Assembly (NCBI GenBank): GCA_036130055.1
Contig: JAYYOR010000013.1
Location: 623-64,622 of the forward strand
DNA: 64,000 nt
Direction of reading: 5' to 3'
Source: Pseudomonadota bacterium
GTDB taxonomy: Bacteria; Pseudomonadota; Gammaproteobacteria; Ga0077536
Shown: positions 1-10,040 of the stretch, piece by piece
Numbering within the stretch: position 1 is the first letter of the stretch
Layout: each line of letters opens with the position of its first letter
The notes under the pieces: model-generated
Databases searched by the model: none
The model's input: only the letters and a program-made list of their open reading frames with translations
Told to the model about the DNA's origin: nothing
Position numbers and translations under genes: made by a program

Positions 1-1175
1 TGGTTCCCTCCGGAGCCAGTACAGGTGAACGAGAAGCCTTTGAGCTTAGAGATAAGGATAATAAAAGATATCAAGGTAAAGGCGTCCTTAGAGCGGTAAG
101 CAACGTTAAAGAAAAAATTACGCCTGCTTTAGTAGGTTTAGAGGTGCATAATCAGAGCTTAATTGATGAGACGATGATCCAGCTTGATGGCACTCCTTTT
201 AAAAAGGCTCTTGGAGCAAATGCGATATTATCTGTTTCCCTTGCTGCCGCTCATGCATCCGCAAATTCAAATCGCCTACCTTTGTTTAAGAATTTAAATC
301 AGTCTACAAAAAAAATTCTTTTACCTGTACCTTTGATGAATGTAATCAATGGGGGACAGCATGCGAATAATAATATTGATTTTCAGGAGTTTATGATAGT
401 CCCGCATGGTGCCTCTAGCTTTTCGGAGTCGATACGATATGGTGCGGAGGTTTTTCAAAAGTTAAAGGGTCTAATCGAAAGCATGGGAATGAGTTCGGCA
501 GTAGGCGACGAGGGCGGATTTGCACCAAATTTAGAGAGTAATGAGCACGCTTTAGAATTAATTATCAAATCAATCGAAAGTGCTGGTTACAGTCCTGGAG
601 AAGACATATCAATCGCGCTCGATGTTGCGAGTTCTGAATTCTATAAACATGGAAGCTACCACCTAGAATCTGAAGGGTTGCAATTAAATTCCGAGCAAAT
701 GTCGACATTTTTATCGGGACTTGTGGATAAATATCCGATTGTCTCTATTGAGGATGGTATGGATCAAAACGATTGGATAGGTTGGCAAAAACTGACCTCA
801 CAATTGGGCAGCAGAGTCCAATTGGTGGGGGATGATTTATTTGTGACTAATGTGGAATTTCTCAAGAGAGGAATAAGCGAAAAGTCAGCAAATTCAATAC
901 TTATTAAAGTTAATCAAATAGGCACGCTTTCAGAAACCTTAACAACGATTAAACTAGCCAAAGCCAATGGATTTGAAGTAATACTATCTCATAGATCTGG
1001 TGAAACGGAAGATTGCTCAATCTCTGATTTGGCTTGTTCTGTAGAGGCAACTCAAATAAAAGCAGGTTCTATGTCAAGATCTGATAGACTGGCAAAATAT
1101 AATAGACTTCTTGTGATAGAGCATATGTCTGGAACTCAGTCAATTTTTGCTGGATCAAAGGTTTTTAACAAATGA
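1..1175 (+). CDS. eno: Enolase (5' end lies outside the window)
   Basis: The frame is open from base 3 ([12 protein letters not shown]). Motifs: [62 protein letters not shown]. The ORF-track start at 144 is internal. Confidence 0.98.
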   Translation, partial: VPSGASTGEREAFELRDKDNKRYQGKGVLRAVSNVKEKITPALVGLEVHNQSLIDETMIQLDGTPFKKALGANAILSVSLAAAHASANSNRLPLFKNLNQSTKKILLPVPLMNVINGGQHANNNIDFQEFMIVPHGASSFSESIRYGAEVFQKLKGLIESMGMSSAVGDEGGFAPNLESNEHALELIIKSIESAGYSPGEDISIALDVASSEFYKHGSYHLESEGLQLNSEQMSTFLSGLVDKYPIVSIEDGMDQNDWIGWQKLTSQLGSRVQLVGDDLFVTNVEFLKRGISEKSANSILIKVNQIGTLSETLTTIKLAKANGFEVILSHRSGETEDCSISDLACSVEATQIKAGSMSRSDRLAKYNRLLVIEHMSGTQSIFAGSKVFNK

Positions 1176-1462
1176 ATATTAATTCAATTATTTCGGTTTC
1201 AATATTGGTTTTAATGTTTCTGGGCTTCTCTTACTTTTTTGGTGAGTCTGGACAAGGGAAGTTAAATAATCTTTTGAAAAAAGAAACAGAATTGTTGGGG
1301 AAAATTAATACTATTAAATCAGCTAATCAAATAATGGAAAAGGAAATCACTAGTTTAATCGAAGATTACGCAGCTGTCGAAAAACAGGCGAGGGAAAAAT
1401 TAGGGTTTATAAAGAAAGATGAAGTTTTCTTTAGAACTGATGAAGCAATCAATGAAAATTAA
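1172..1462 (+). CDS. ftsB: Cell division protein FtsB (septum formation initiator)
   Basis: N-terminal TM, coiled coil and [16 protein letters not shown] motif; canonical position between eno and ispD. Confidence 0.88.
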   Translation: MNINSIISVSILVLMFLGFSYFFGESGQGKLNNLLKKETELLGKINTIKSANQIMEKEITSLIEDYAAVEKQAREKLGFIKKDEVFFRTDEAINEN

Positions 1463-2159
1463 TTACTTCGGGATAGTTGCGGCAGGAGGAGCGGGAACTA
1501 GGGTAGGTGCTCAAATATCAAAGCAGTATATTCAAATATCAGGTCGTTCGTTACTGGAAATCTCAATAGAAACCTTAACAAACAGTATTAGTTTTTCAAA
1601 GTTAGCAGTGGTGATACCAGAAAGTGATAAGGAAAGGTGCCAACATTTAGAAAAAAAGTTTGACAAAGTAGAATTAGTGCGTGGAGGCGCAACGAGGTGT
1701 GAATCAGTTCTGCAGGGTTTAAAATTTTTGAAGCCTATTGCCAAAGACAATGATTGGTGTCTTGTGCACGACGCTGCTAGACCATGTTTGCAGAAGAAAG
1801 ATATTTTAAAATTGATACATAATCTTGATGGCTCGAAAACAGGAGGGATTCTTGGTGCCCCTGTTGTTGATACGATAAAAAAAATCGATAAACATAATCG
1901 GATAGATCATACGGTAAACCGAACGAATTTATGGAGAGCTTTTACTCCGCAGATGTTTCGATACGGCGTTTTGCTGGATTCCCTGTTATCCGTAAAAAAA
2001 GCTGGTATTGTCGTATCTGATGAGTCGCAAGCGCTCGAACGGCTTGGTAAGCCTGTACTTGTTGTTCAGGGTTCATCAGAAAATATAAAAGTTACATTTC
2101 CAGAAGATGTACGGAAGGCAGAAATATTTTTCATGGAAAGGGAAAACAAGGAGAGTTAA
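1452..2159 (+). CDS. ispD: 2-C-methyl-D-erythritol 4-phosphate cytidylyltransferase
   Basis: AAGGAGTRVG..SKQY, GGATRCESV, LVHDAARP, TPQMF, NIKVTFPED. ATG at 1452 is preferred over the track start at 1419. Confidence 0.96.
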   Translation: MKINYFGIVAAGGAGTRVGAQISKQYIQISGRSLLEISIETLTNSISFSKLAVVIPESDKERCQHLEKKFDKVELVRGGATRCESVLQGLKFLKPIAKDNDWCLVHDAARPCLQKKDILKLIHNLDGSKTGGILGAPVVDTIKKIDKHNRIDHTVNRTNLWRAFTPQMFRYGVLLDSLLSVKKAGIVVSDESQALERLGKPVLVVQGSSENIKVTFPEDVRKAEIFFMERENKES

Positions 2160-2632
2160 TGAGATTTGGGATTGGGTATGATACCCATAAATTCACGATA
2201 GGTGACCATATAATGATTGGTGGAGTGAAAATTCCGCATTCTCAGGGATTGGAGGCGCATAGTGACGGAGACGTTCTTTTGCATGCTATTATTGATGCGC
2301 TATTGGGGGCTTCAGGTTTGGGTGATATAGGAGCCCATTTCCCTGATAATGATGACACTTTTAGAGACTCTGATAGTCGAGTATTATTGAAACATACAAT
2401 TTATATGATTTATACAAAAAAACTTTGTGTAAATAATATAGATGCGACAATTATTGCGGAGCGGCCAAAAATAGGTCCATTTTGTGCTGATATTAAAGAA
2501 GTAATTTCCTCTGACTTAGAGGTATCTCCTAATGTCATTAATATAAAAGGCACAACAAATGAAAAGATGGGATTTATTGGTCGTGGCGAGGGAATAGCAG
2601 CCATTGCCGTATGCTCACTTAGAGAAATTTAA
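2159..2632 (+). CDS. ispF: 2-C-methyl-D-erythritol 2,4-cyclodiphosphate synthase
   Basis: GIGYDTH, AHSDGDVLLHA, GDIGAHFPD, KGTTNEKMGFIGRGEGIAA. Confidence 0.98.
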   Translation: MRFGIGYDTHKFTIGDHIMIGGVKIPHSQGLEAHSDGDVLLHAIIDALLGASGLGDIGAHFPDNDDTFRDSDSRVLLKHTIYMIYTKKLCVNNIDATIIAERPKIGPFCADIKEVISSDLEVSPNVINIKGTTNEKMGFIGRGEGIAAIAVCSLREI

Positions 2633-2643
2633 ATCGAGCAAAT

Positions 2644-3141
2644 TCAGCTATTTTTGACTTTTTTTATTAAAGCCATTGTCGCACCCTCACCTCCGTCTTT
2701 TTTATTTGCTGGGGTATAAGCTAGAACTCTGGGGTGTTCAGAAAGAAATTTTTTCACTAGAGGTTTTATGACAGGGGTTTTGTTGATCGAACCTAAACCC
2801 TTTCCGTGAATAAATAATATGCAAACCATTTTATTTTCAGTGACTTGATTTATTGTTTCATTAAGGACCTTAATTGCCTCGTCGAATCTTAATCCGTGTA
2901 AATCAACTTCCATAAAAAATGGTATTGCTCCACGTTTGAGTCGTCGGATCACTGAGTTTTGAAGTCCCTCTTTGTAGTTTGACTCAGAATGATTCTTGAA
3001 GTCAGCGCTTTCCATACTTATTTGTAAATTATATTGTTTCTGGATGCGCTTATCTTTCCTTTTATTGGTATCCAGCGTCTTGAGCTCATTCAATTCGAAG
3101 TTTTTTAATTCTTCTTCAAATGAGCCTTGTTTTTCAGCCAT
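2644..3141 (-). CDS. Smr/MutS2 domain protein (SmrA/SmrB-like endonuclease)
   Basis: RRLKRG, VDLHG, IHGKG and GGEGAT Smr-domain motifs. Confidence 0.9.
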   Translation of the reverse strand: MAEKQGSFEEELKNFELNELKTLDTNKRKDKRIQKQYNLQISMESADFKNHSESNYKEGLQNSVIRRLKRGAIPFFMEVDLHGLRFDEAIKVLNETINQVTENKMVCILFIHGKGLGSINKTPVIKPLVKKFLSEHPRVLAYTPANKKDGGEGATMALIKKVKNS

Positions 3142-3160
3142 TAAAATTTCCTCTTGATTT

Positions 3161-6100
3161 TTAACCTACCCATTCTCTAGCATTTCGAAAAATATGCATC
3201 CAAGGGCTAAATTCATGATTGTTGCTGGGATTCCAAGAAAATTGTTTGTTTAAAAAGACTCTCTCCGGATGAGGCATCATTATCGTAGCTCTGCCATCGC
3301 AGGTTGTGAATGCGGTCAGACCAAAGATAGAACCATTCGGGTTGGTCGGATACTTCATTGTTGGTTTCCCGTAGTTATCTACGAACCTCATGCAAGGGTA
3401 ACTATTTTTTGAAATTTCTTTAACCCTACCTTCTCCGTGGGCTACAACAATAGGCAAGCGAACGCCAGTAAGGCCTCTAAAAAAAATTGAAGGACTTTCT
3501 ATTATCTCGACCATCAACAACCGGCTTTCAAATTGTTTTGATTCATTCTTTCTAAATTCCGGCCAACCTTCAGCCCCGGGAATAAGAGTTTTAAGTTGAG
3601 AGAGAGCCTGGCAACCATTACATACACCAAACGTAAATTTGTTTGATTGAGCGAAAAAATTAGCAAAAGTTTCTCGCAAATTTTCATTAAAAAGAATTGT
3701 GTTAGCCCATCCGGTACCCGCACCTAAAACATCGCCGTAAGAAAATCCACCAACTAACGCTATCCCATTCAATTGACCAAGAAGCTTTGTTTTTTTTGTA
3801 AAATCTTGCATGTGGATATCAATACATTCGAAACCGGCCATCGAAAAAGCAGCCGCCATTTCATTTTGGCCATTTACTCCTTGTTCTCTAATTACACCAA
3901 TCTTAGGTTTTTTACCTGGGTTAATTTGTGGAATCGTCACGGGTGAGACTTCATCAAAAAATAGCCCCGGATCATTAATATCTATAATGTGGTTTAATTC
4001 TTGTTCTGCAGAAGAGGGGTTATCCCTTATTTTCTGGATCGAAATCGTCGTTTCTGAATATACTTTTAGTAATTCTTGCAGTTTGAAGGCAAATGACTTT
4101 TCTTTGTTTTTTATTTCGAGGCTCAAATCATCTCGGACTTCCCCAATTACGTAAAAATGATTTTTTAATATTTCTTGTGCTTTTAAAATTTTACTAATTG
4201 TCTCTAGTTTATTTTTTTCAATTTGTAAAACGACCCCCGCTTCCTCATTAAGCAAAAAGTTGGTGATAGGAAAAAAATCGGGAATCTTTAGTGATACCCC
4301 GACTCTACCACCAAATGCCATCTCTGCAATCGTGGTAAACAATCCGCCATCAGATCTATCATGATAAGCTAAAATTAAGCTCTCCTTTCGCAGAGTTTTC
4401 ATAACTTTGAATAACTCAAGTAAACAATCAACCTGATCAATATCGGGTGTCTCGCAGAGGCTGGTTTTGTATATTTGGTCTAATATCGAGCCGCCCAAAC
4501 GGTTTTTTGATAATCCTAAATCAATTAGTAGAAGTAGGGTTCCAGGCTGCTTTTTTAGGCACGGTGAAAGTGTTTTATTTGTGTCGCCTACTTTTGACGC
4601 TCCGGTAGCGATTAATGTAGTTGGCGCGACGGTTTCGTATGTATCCGAGCCATCGCTTTTTCCCCATATTGTTTTCATTGACATGGAGTCCTTACCCACT
4701 GGTATATTTATCCCCAGACTAGGGCATAAATCAAGACCTACGGTTTTGACCATTTCATATAGCTTGCTTAATTCGAATTTTTCTTCTGAAGCGCACATCC
4801 AATTGGCTGAAATAGATATATCTTCTAATCTATTGATATCTGCTGCTAATAGATTTGTGATCGCTTCTGCAATAGTTAATCGAGCTGCGGCGGGTCCGTT
4901 GAGACAGGAAACAGGTCCCTTTTCACCTATTGCTGTAGCGACGCCATGGATTGAAAGAAAACTGTCACTAATAACTGCACAATTTGAAATTGGAACTTGC
5001 CATGGACCTACCATTTGGTCCGTGGCCGTTAACCCCCCCACAGTTCGATCTCCTATTGTAATTAGAAACCTCTTGTCAGCAACAGTTGGGTGTCCAAGTA
5101 CCGATAGAAGTTTTTGCTCGATCTCCCAATCCGAATCGGCGGCTTTAGGAAGTGCTTTTTTTTCATATTTTGTGCTATTTATTTTAATTGATTCTTTTTT
5201 AAACAGAGTGTCTAAAGGTAAATCAATTATCGTCTGACTGCATGATGGATCTATAACTGTCAAATTTCTATCTTTGGTTGTCGTCCCAATTACTGCATAT
5301 GGCGCTCTTTCCCTACTGCAAATATTTGAAAATAACCCTAAGTTCTTTTCTTGTATAATCAAAACATACCTTTCTTGGGATTCGTTACACCATATTTCCA
5401 TAGGAGATAGAGAGGGATCGGCAGAGGGAATTTTTGTTAAATCTATATAACCCCCGAGCTTGGAGTCATTAACGATTTCAGGTACAGCATTTGATAGTCC
5501 GCCGGCACCGACATCATGTATGCTTTCGATAATATTTTTATCGAGATTAGTTAATGCATTCAAAACTTCCTGCGTGCGCCTTTGCATTTCAGCATTTCCG
5601 CGTTGTACTGACGAATAATCTAAAATATCTTTTTGACTTCCAGATGTAATTGAGGATGCAGCACCGCCTCCTAGGCCAATTAACATTGATGGCCCTCCCA
5701 GTACGATAATTGGCATATTAGGTTTAACCCTACATTTTAAAGAATTCTTCATTAAGACACTGCCAACACCGCCGGCTACCATGATTGGTTTGTCGTAACT
5801 ATAAAATTTGCCCTCGTTGCTTACACTTTCCTCAAAGCTTCGAAAAAATCCATTTAATGATGGCCGCCCAAATTCATTGTTATAAGAGGCAGAGCCGATT
5901 GGTGCTTCTAACATTATTTTAAGGGCACTACTGAAACTAGGGTTCGTGGGCCTACTAATTTCCCAGTGACGAGGAAGGGTTGGAATTCTCAAATTAGACA
6001 CAGAGAATCCAGTTATTCCAGCTTTGCTTTGTGCCCCTAAACCTGTTGCGCTTTCATCTCTAATTTCTCCCCCTGAACCAGTAGCGGCTCCTGGAAAAGG

Positions 6101-6943
6101 TGATATTGCAGTGGGGTGATTGTGGGTTTCAACTTTAAGAACAATATTATGGTCCTCGGCTTTAAAATAATAGAGATTATCATTTGGATCTAGTTTTAGC
6201 TGCAGTGATTTATTGTTTTTTATAACAGCGGCGTTATCTTTGTAGGCGGATAGAACAGTATTTGGATTTTTGTGCATAGTATTCTGGATCATTTTAAAAA
6301 GTGAGGTGGCTTCAGTATCTCCGTCTATGATCCAATTAGCGTTGAAAATTTTGTGCCTACAGTGCTCAGAGTTTATTTGAGCAAACATCATAATTTCTGC
6401 GTCAGTGATATTCCTATTATTTTGTTCAAGGTACTTCACTATCGATTCAATTTCCGTTTCTGATAGCGCAAGGCCTTTCAGATCATTAAATTTAAAAATC
6501 TCTTTTGGCGAAATAAATTCTAGTTTCCTTGGTTTGGCCCGACCATCCTGTTTGGGCCCTATAAACTTCTCAAGTTCTTCAAAACTCTTGAAACAGTCAT
6601 TTACCATTCTATCGAAAAAATATTGGTTTTTGATATCTTCCGGCTTTTGTTCTGAGCCTAAAACCCTTTCGAGTTTTTTGCATTCCTTATAGTTACTGTT
6701 TTTACATATTTCGGTGGCTTTTGATGACCAAGGGCTGATCGTTCCTATTCTCGGGCCAATAAAACATTTATATGAGTTGAGTTCGTTCAACTCTAAAACT
6801 CGCTCACATCGAGTTATTTCGAGTATTTTCTGTATTATCTTTTTTTTTGTAGGCTTAGGCCAAAGCAGAAATAATTCCTGAAGCTTTCTACTTTTCGAAT
6901 TAGGTTTTGAAAATTTAACTTTTTTCCCAAGAAGTACAAGCAT
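3161..6943 (-). CDS. purL: Phosphoribosylformylglycinamidine synthase (large PurL)
   Basis: NSEHCRHKIFNA, KVETHNHPT, GGEIRDE, HDVGAGGLSNA, CNESQERY; glutaminase GVCNGCQ and MMPHPER. Confidence 0.98.
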   Translation of the reverse strand: MLVLLGKKVKFSKPNSKSRKLQELFLLWPKPTKKKIIQKILEITRCERVLELNELNSYKCFIGPRIGTISPWSSKATEICKNSNYKECKKLERVLGSEQKPEDIKNQYFFDRMVNDCFKSFEELEKFIGPKQDGRAKPRKLEFISPKEIFKFNDLKGLALSETEIESIVKYLEQNNRNITDAEIMMFAQINSEHCRHKIFNANWIIDGDTEATSLFKMIQNTMHKNPNTVLSAYKDNAAVIKNNKSLQLKLDPNDNLYYFKAEDHNIVLKVETHNHPTAISPFPGAATGSGGEIRDESATGLGAQSKAGITGFSVSNLRIPTLPRHWEISRPTNPSFSSALKIMLEAPIGSASYNNEFGRPSLNGFFRSFEESVSNEGKFYSYDKPIMVAGGVGSVLMKNSLKCRVKPNMPIIVLGGPSMLIGLGGGAASSITSGSQKDILDYSSVQRGNAEMQRRTQEVLNALTNLDKNIIESIHDVGAGGLSNAVPEIVNDSKLGGYIDLTKIPSADPSLSPMEIWCNESQERYVLIIQEKNLGLFSNICSRERAPYAVIGTTTKDRNLTVIDPSCSQTIIDLPLDTLFKKESIKINSTKYEKKALPKAADSDWEIEQKLLSVLGHPTVADKRFLITIGDRTVGGLTATDQMVGPWQVPISNCAVISDSFLSIHGVATAIGEKGPVSCLNGPAAARLTIAEAITNLLAADINRLEDISISANWMCASEEKFELSKLYEMVKTVGLDLCPSLGINIPVGKDSMSMKTIWGKSDGSDTYETVAPTTLIATGASKVGDTNKTLSPCLKKQPGTLLLLIDLGLSKNRLGGSILDQIYKTSLCETPDIDQVDCLLELFKVMKTLRKESLILAYHDRSDGGLFTTIAEMAFGGRVGVSLKIPDFFPITNFLLNEEAGVVLQIEKNKLETISKILKAQEILKNHFYVIGEVRDDLSLEIKNKEKSFAFKLQELLKVYSETTISIQKIRDNPSSAEQELNHIIDINDPGLFFDEVSPVTIPQINPGKKPKIGVIREQGVNGQNEMAAAFSMAGFECIDIHMQDFTKKTKLLGQLNGIALVGGFSYGDVLGAGTGWANTILFNENLRETFANFFAQSNKFTFGVCNGCQALSQLKTLIPGAEGWPEFRKNESKQFESRLLMVEIIESPSIFFRGLTGVRLPIVVAHGEGRVKEISKNSYPCMRFVDNYGKPTMKYPTNPNGSIFGLTAFTTCDGRATIMMPHPERVFLNKQFSWNPSNNHEFSPWMHIFRNAREWVG

Positions 6944-6951
6944 TATATAAA

Positions 6952-8346
6952 CTAAATTTCCCTCGCGAGCTTGCTGGCTAAACCGATATACGAGCTTGGA
7001 GTAAGTGCTTTGAGTTTGTTTATAGTCTCATCTGGCAAATTTAATCCCTCAACAAAAAGAAGTAATTCTTGTTGGGTAATCTTTTTTCCGCGGCTCATGG
7101 CCTTAAGTTTTTCGTATGCATCTTCTATTCCGTTAGCTCTTAAAATCGTCTGAATTGGCTCCGTCAAGAGCTGCCATTCTTCGGTCAAATCTTCCTCGAT
7201 GATCGCGTAGTTGATTTGTAATTTTTCTAATCCAGCTCGAATAGATTTGATGGCTAAATAAGTGTGCGCTACGGCAACCCCTACATTCCGGAGTACGGTT
7301 GAATCGCTCAAATCTCTTTGTAGCCTTGAAATGACAAGCTTTTCAGCAAAATGTTTAAGTAGGCTATTTGAAACTCCGCAGTTTCCTTCTGCATTTTCAA
7401 AGTCAATGGGATTTACTTTGTGCGGCATGGTTGAAGATCCAACCTCACTTTCTTTTATTTTTTGTTTAAAATAATCCAAAGAAATATATGTCCAGATATC
7501 TCGACAGAAATCAATAAGAATCGAATTAATTAGACCCAGTTCATTTGTATAGCGTGCGATGCAATCGTGTGGTTCAATTTGCGTCGAATATTTATTAAAC
7601 TCTAGTCCCAATTGTTCTACAAAAAGTTTATTCTTTTTTTCCCAGTTAATAGATGGAAAGGCACAGACGAAGGCATTAAAGTTTCCAACAGCTCCATTTA
7701 ATTTTCCAGAGATAGCAACATCTTTCCAGTGTGTTTTTTGCTTTTCAAGTCTATGATAAAAGTTCGCGACCTCTTTTCCGAGGGTTGTGGGTGTTGCTGC
7801 TTGGCCGTGAGTCCTTGAAATCATTGCAATATCTGCAGAGTCATGTGCGATTTTTTTCAGCTCATTAAGTAGTTCTTCGATCTCAGGAAGCATAACAGCT
7901 TCTCTTGCCTCACCCATAATCAAGCCGTAGGCTAGATTATTGATATCCTCAGAGGTGCAGCCGAAATGGATATAATTAGTAAGCGGCCGCAATTTTGGCT
8001 TACTATTTAAAACATTTTTAATATAATATTCAATTGCTTTCACATCATGATTAGTTTGTCTTTCAATAATTTTAATTTTTTCGGCTTCCATAACATCAAA
8101 TTTTTTTAAGACGAGATCAAGCTCTTTTTGAATTTCAGTGAGATTGATATTTTTTACGATTTTTTTGTCTTGAGCTAGATAACTAAGCCATTTTATTTCT
8201 ACAATTAAACGATATTTAATTAGTCCGTATTCGCTGAATAAGAGTCGCAACTTACCTGCTTTTAAGAAATATCTGCCGTCAACTGGTGATATTGCGGTGA
8301 GCTTGGAAAGTTCAAGGTTTTCATTCTTTTGGTCATTCAATTGCAA
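6952..8346 (-). CDS. purB: Adenylosuccinate lyase
   Basis: TAISPVDGRY, TNHDVKAIEY, SRTHGQ, GSSTMPHKVNPIDFENAEGN. Confidence 0.98.
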   Translation of the reverse strand: MQLNDQKNENLELSKLTAISPVDGRYFLKAGKLRLLFSEYGLIKYRLIVEIKWLSYLAQDKKIVKNINLTEIQKELDLVLKKFDVMEAEKIKIIERQTNHDVKAIEYYIKNVLNSKPKLRPLTNYIHFGCTSEDINNLAYGLIMGEAREAVMLPEIEELLNELKKIAHDSADIAMISRTHGQAATPTTLGKEVANFYHRLEKQKTHWKDVAISGKLNGAVGNFNAFVCAFPSINWEKKNKLFVEQLGLEFNKYSTQIEPHDCIARYTNELGLINSILIDFCRDIWTYISLDYFKQKIKESEVGSSTMPHKVNPIDFENAEGNCGVSNSLLKHFAEKLVISRLQRDLSDSTVLRNVGVAVAHTYLAIKSIRAGLEKLQINYAIIEEDLTEEWQLLTEPIQTILRANGIEDAYEKLKAMSRGKKITQQELLLFVEGLNLPDETINKLKALTPSSYIGLASKLAREI

Positions 8347-9350
8347 GGTGGCATCCTTTCTTTGTGTAATCTATTAATTTTTTTATAAACCTTTTTATCA
8401 AGTATACTAACATTTATAAAGTTCTGCCTGCATTGGTCAATCGTAGAGCATCCAATTATAGCGCTGCCAACCCAGCTAAAGGAAAGCAAATACTGAAGCG
8501 CAAGAATGTTGATCTTAAGACTACTTTCTTCAGCGATATGGTTTAATTTTGAGAGATGCAGGAGGTTTTGCCCCCCAGTGTATTTGCTTAGCCAAAAAGT
8601 ATTTTTTTTCGATATTTTTTGTGAAACTTTACTCCAATTCTGCCCAAGAAGGCCGCCAGCGAGGGGTGAATACGCAAGTAAGCTAAGATTTTCCATAGCA
8701 ATCATTTCTGCATGACTTATCTCGAACCCACGATTTAATAGATTAAGAGGATTCTGTATACTAGCAAATGAACTACTTCCAAATTTCAGGTATTGAGAAA
8801 TACCCCAGGGGGTTTCGTTGCTTACCCCAAAATGCCTTATTTTCCCTTCTTTAATTAGTTGTAGTAGCGCATCAACGGTTTCTTCAATTGAACAGTTTAT
8901 TTTTTTTTTGGATTTCTCAAAAAATATATCCCCACTGTTTATTGCTCTATCTGGCCAATTCAAATGGAATATATCGATATAATCAGTGCCAAGCCTTTTG
9001 AGGCTCCCATCTATAGCTTGCCGAAGGTTTTGAAGATTATGCTTTGAATTTCCACCTCGAATCCAACTTACAAATTTTCCAGGTCCAGCAGCTTTTGTTG
9101 ATATAATAATTGAATCTCTTTTACGGGTTTTTAACCATTTTCCTATTATTCGTTCGGTATTCCCGTAGTTTGAGGCTGAAAAAGGTGCGGGATAAACTTC
9201 TGAGGTATCGACGAGATTGACGCCTCTCTCAGTTGCATAGTCTAGAATCTTTATTGTTTTACTTGGGCTAACTTTTGTACCAAAGTATATTGAACCCAAA
9301 GCAAGTTCACTTACGAACAGGTTGCTTTTCCCTAGTCTACGTCTTTTCAT
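8337..9350 (-). CDS. Aldo/keto reductase, Tas-like
   Basis: RRLGKSNL.VSELALGS, DTSEVY, SLKRLGTDYID, GKIRHFGVSNETPWG, SIQNP.NLLNR, LAYSPLAGG. Confidence 0.9.
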   Translation of the reverse strand: MKRRRLGKSNLFVSELALGSIYFGTKVSPSKTIKILDYATERGVNLVDTSEVYPAPFSASNYGNTERIIGKWLKTRKRDSIIISTKAAGPGKFVSWIRGGNSKHNLQNLRQAIDGSLKRLGTDYIDIFHLNWPDRAINSGDIFFEKSKKKINCSIEETVDALLQLIKEGKIRHFGVSNETPWGISQYLKFGSSSFASIQNPLNLLNRGFEISHAEMIAMENLSLLAYSPLAGGLLGQNWSKVSQKISKKNTFWLSKYTGGQNLLHLSKLNHIAEESSLKINILALQYLLSFSWVGSAIIGCSTIDQCRQNFINVSILDKKVYKKINRLHKERMPPCN

Positions 9351-9434
9351 ATGATTGCAAAGTATTTACTCAACGATTAAGATTATATACGGAATCTCTT
9401 TTGCATGTGGCAATATTTTAAAAAAGGTTTTTTA

Positions 9435-10040
9435 ATGAAAATCTCCCATAGGTTTCGCGGTTTTTTACCAGTGGTAGTTGATGTAGAAACGGGAGGTTTC
9501 GATCCCTTAAAAGATGCTTTACTCGAGGTAGCATTTGTTTTCATAGAGCATGATGACTTACGGGGTTGGCGCAGAGGAGACACTGAAAATTATCACATCG
9601 AGCCTTTCGAAGGCTCTAATATTGAACCTAGTGCGTTAAATTTCAATAAGATAGATCCTGAGCATCCTTTTAGGTTTGCTATAAGTGAAAAGACCTTTTT
9701 TGAGGACATAAAAAAAAAACTACTGGTTGCAATAGAGCAAACAAAATGTAAAAGAGCTATTTTAGTCGGTCATAATTCATCTTTCGATTTATCTTTTATA
9801 AATGCTGCCTTGAGAAGAAATAATATTTCAAAATTTCCTTTACACAGTTTTAGTTCTTTCGATACCGCCACGCTTTCGGGTGTCTTTTTTGGCCAAACTG
9901 TACTAGCACGCGCTATGGTATCTGCAGAATTGAAATGGAAACCCGCTAACGCCCATTCTGCGGTGTATGATGCTGAGGGAACAGCAGATTTATTTTGTAA
10001 AATTCTCAACCTTTGGGATTCACGTTTTGTCAAAACCTAA
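9435..10040 (+). CDS. rnt: Ribonuclease T
   Basis: RFRGFLPVVVDVETGG, LVGHN, SSFDTATL, AHSAVYDAE (DEDDh). ATG at 9435 is preferred. Confidence 0.96.
   Translation: MKISHRFRGFLPVVVDVETGGFDPLKDALLEVAFVFIEHDDLRGWRRGDTENYHIEPFEGSNIEPSALNFNKIDPEHPFRFAISEKTFFEDIKKKLLVAIEQTKCKRAILVGHNSSFDLSFINAALRRNNISKFPLHSFSSFDTATLSGVFFGQTVLARAMVSAELKWKPANAHSAVYDAEGTADLFCKILNLWDSRFVKT

Noticed and set aside
4467-5237. 256-aa plus-strand ORF, and the other short ORFs antisense to purL, purB, gyrA, aroA, rpsA, mfd, fabY, uup and similar genes
   Set aside because: They lie wholly opposite well-supported genes, have no recognisable motifs, and are the expected shadow frames.
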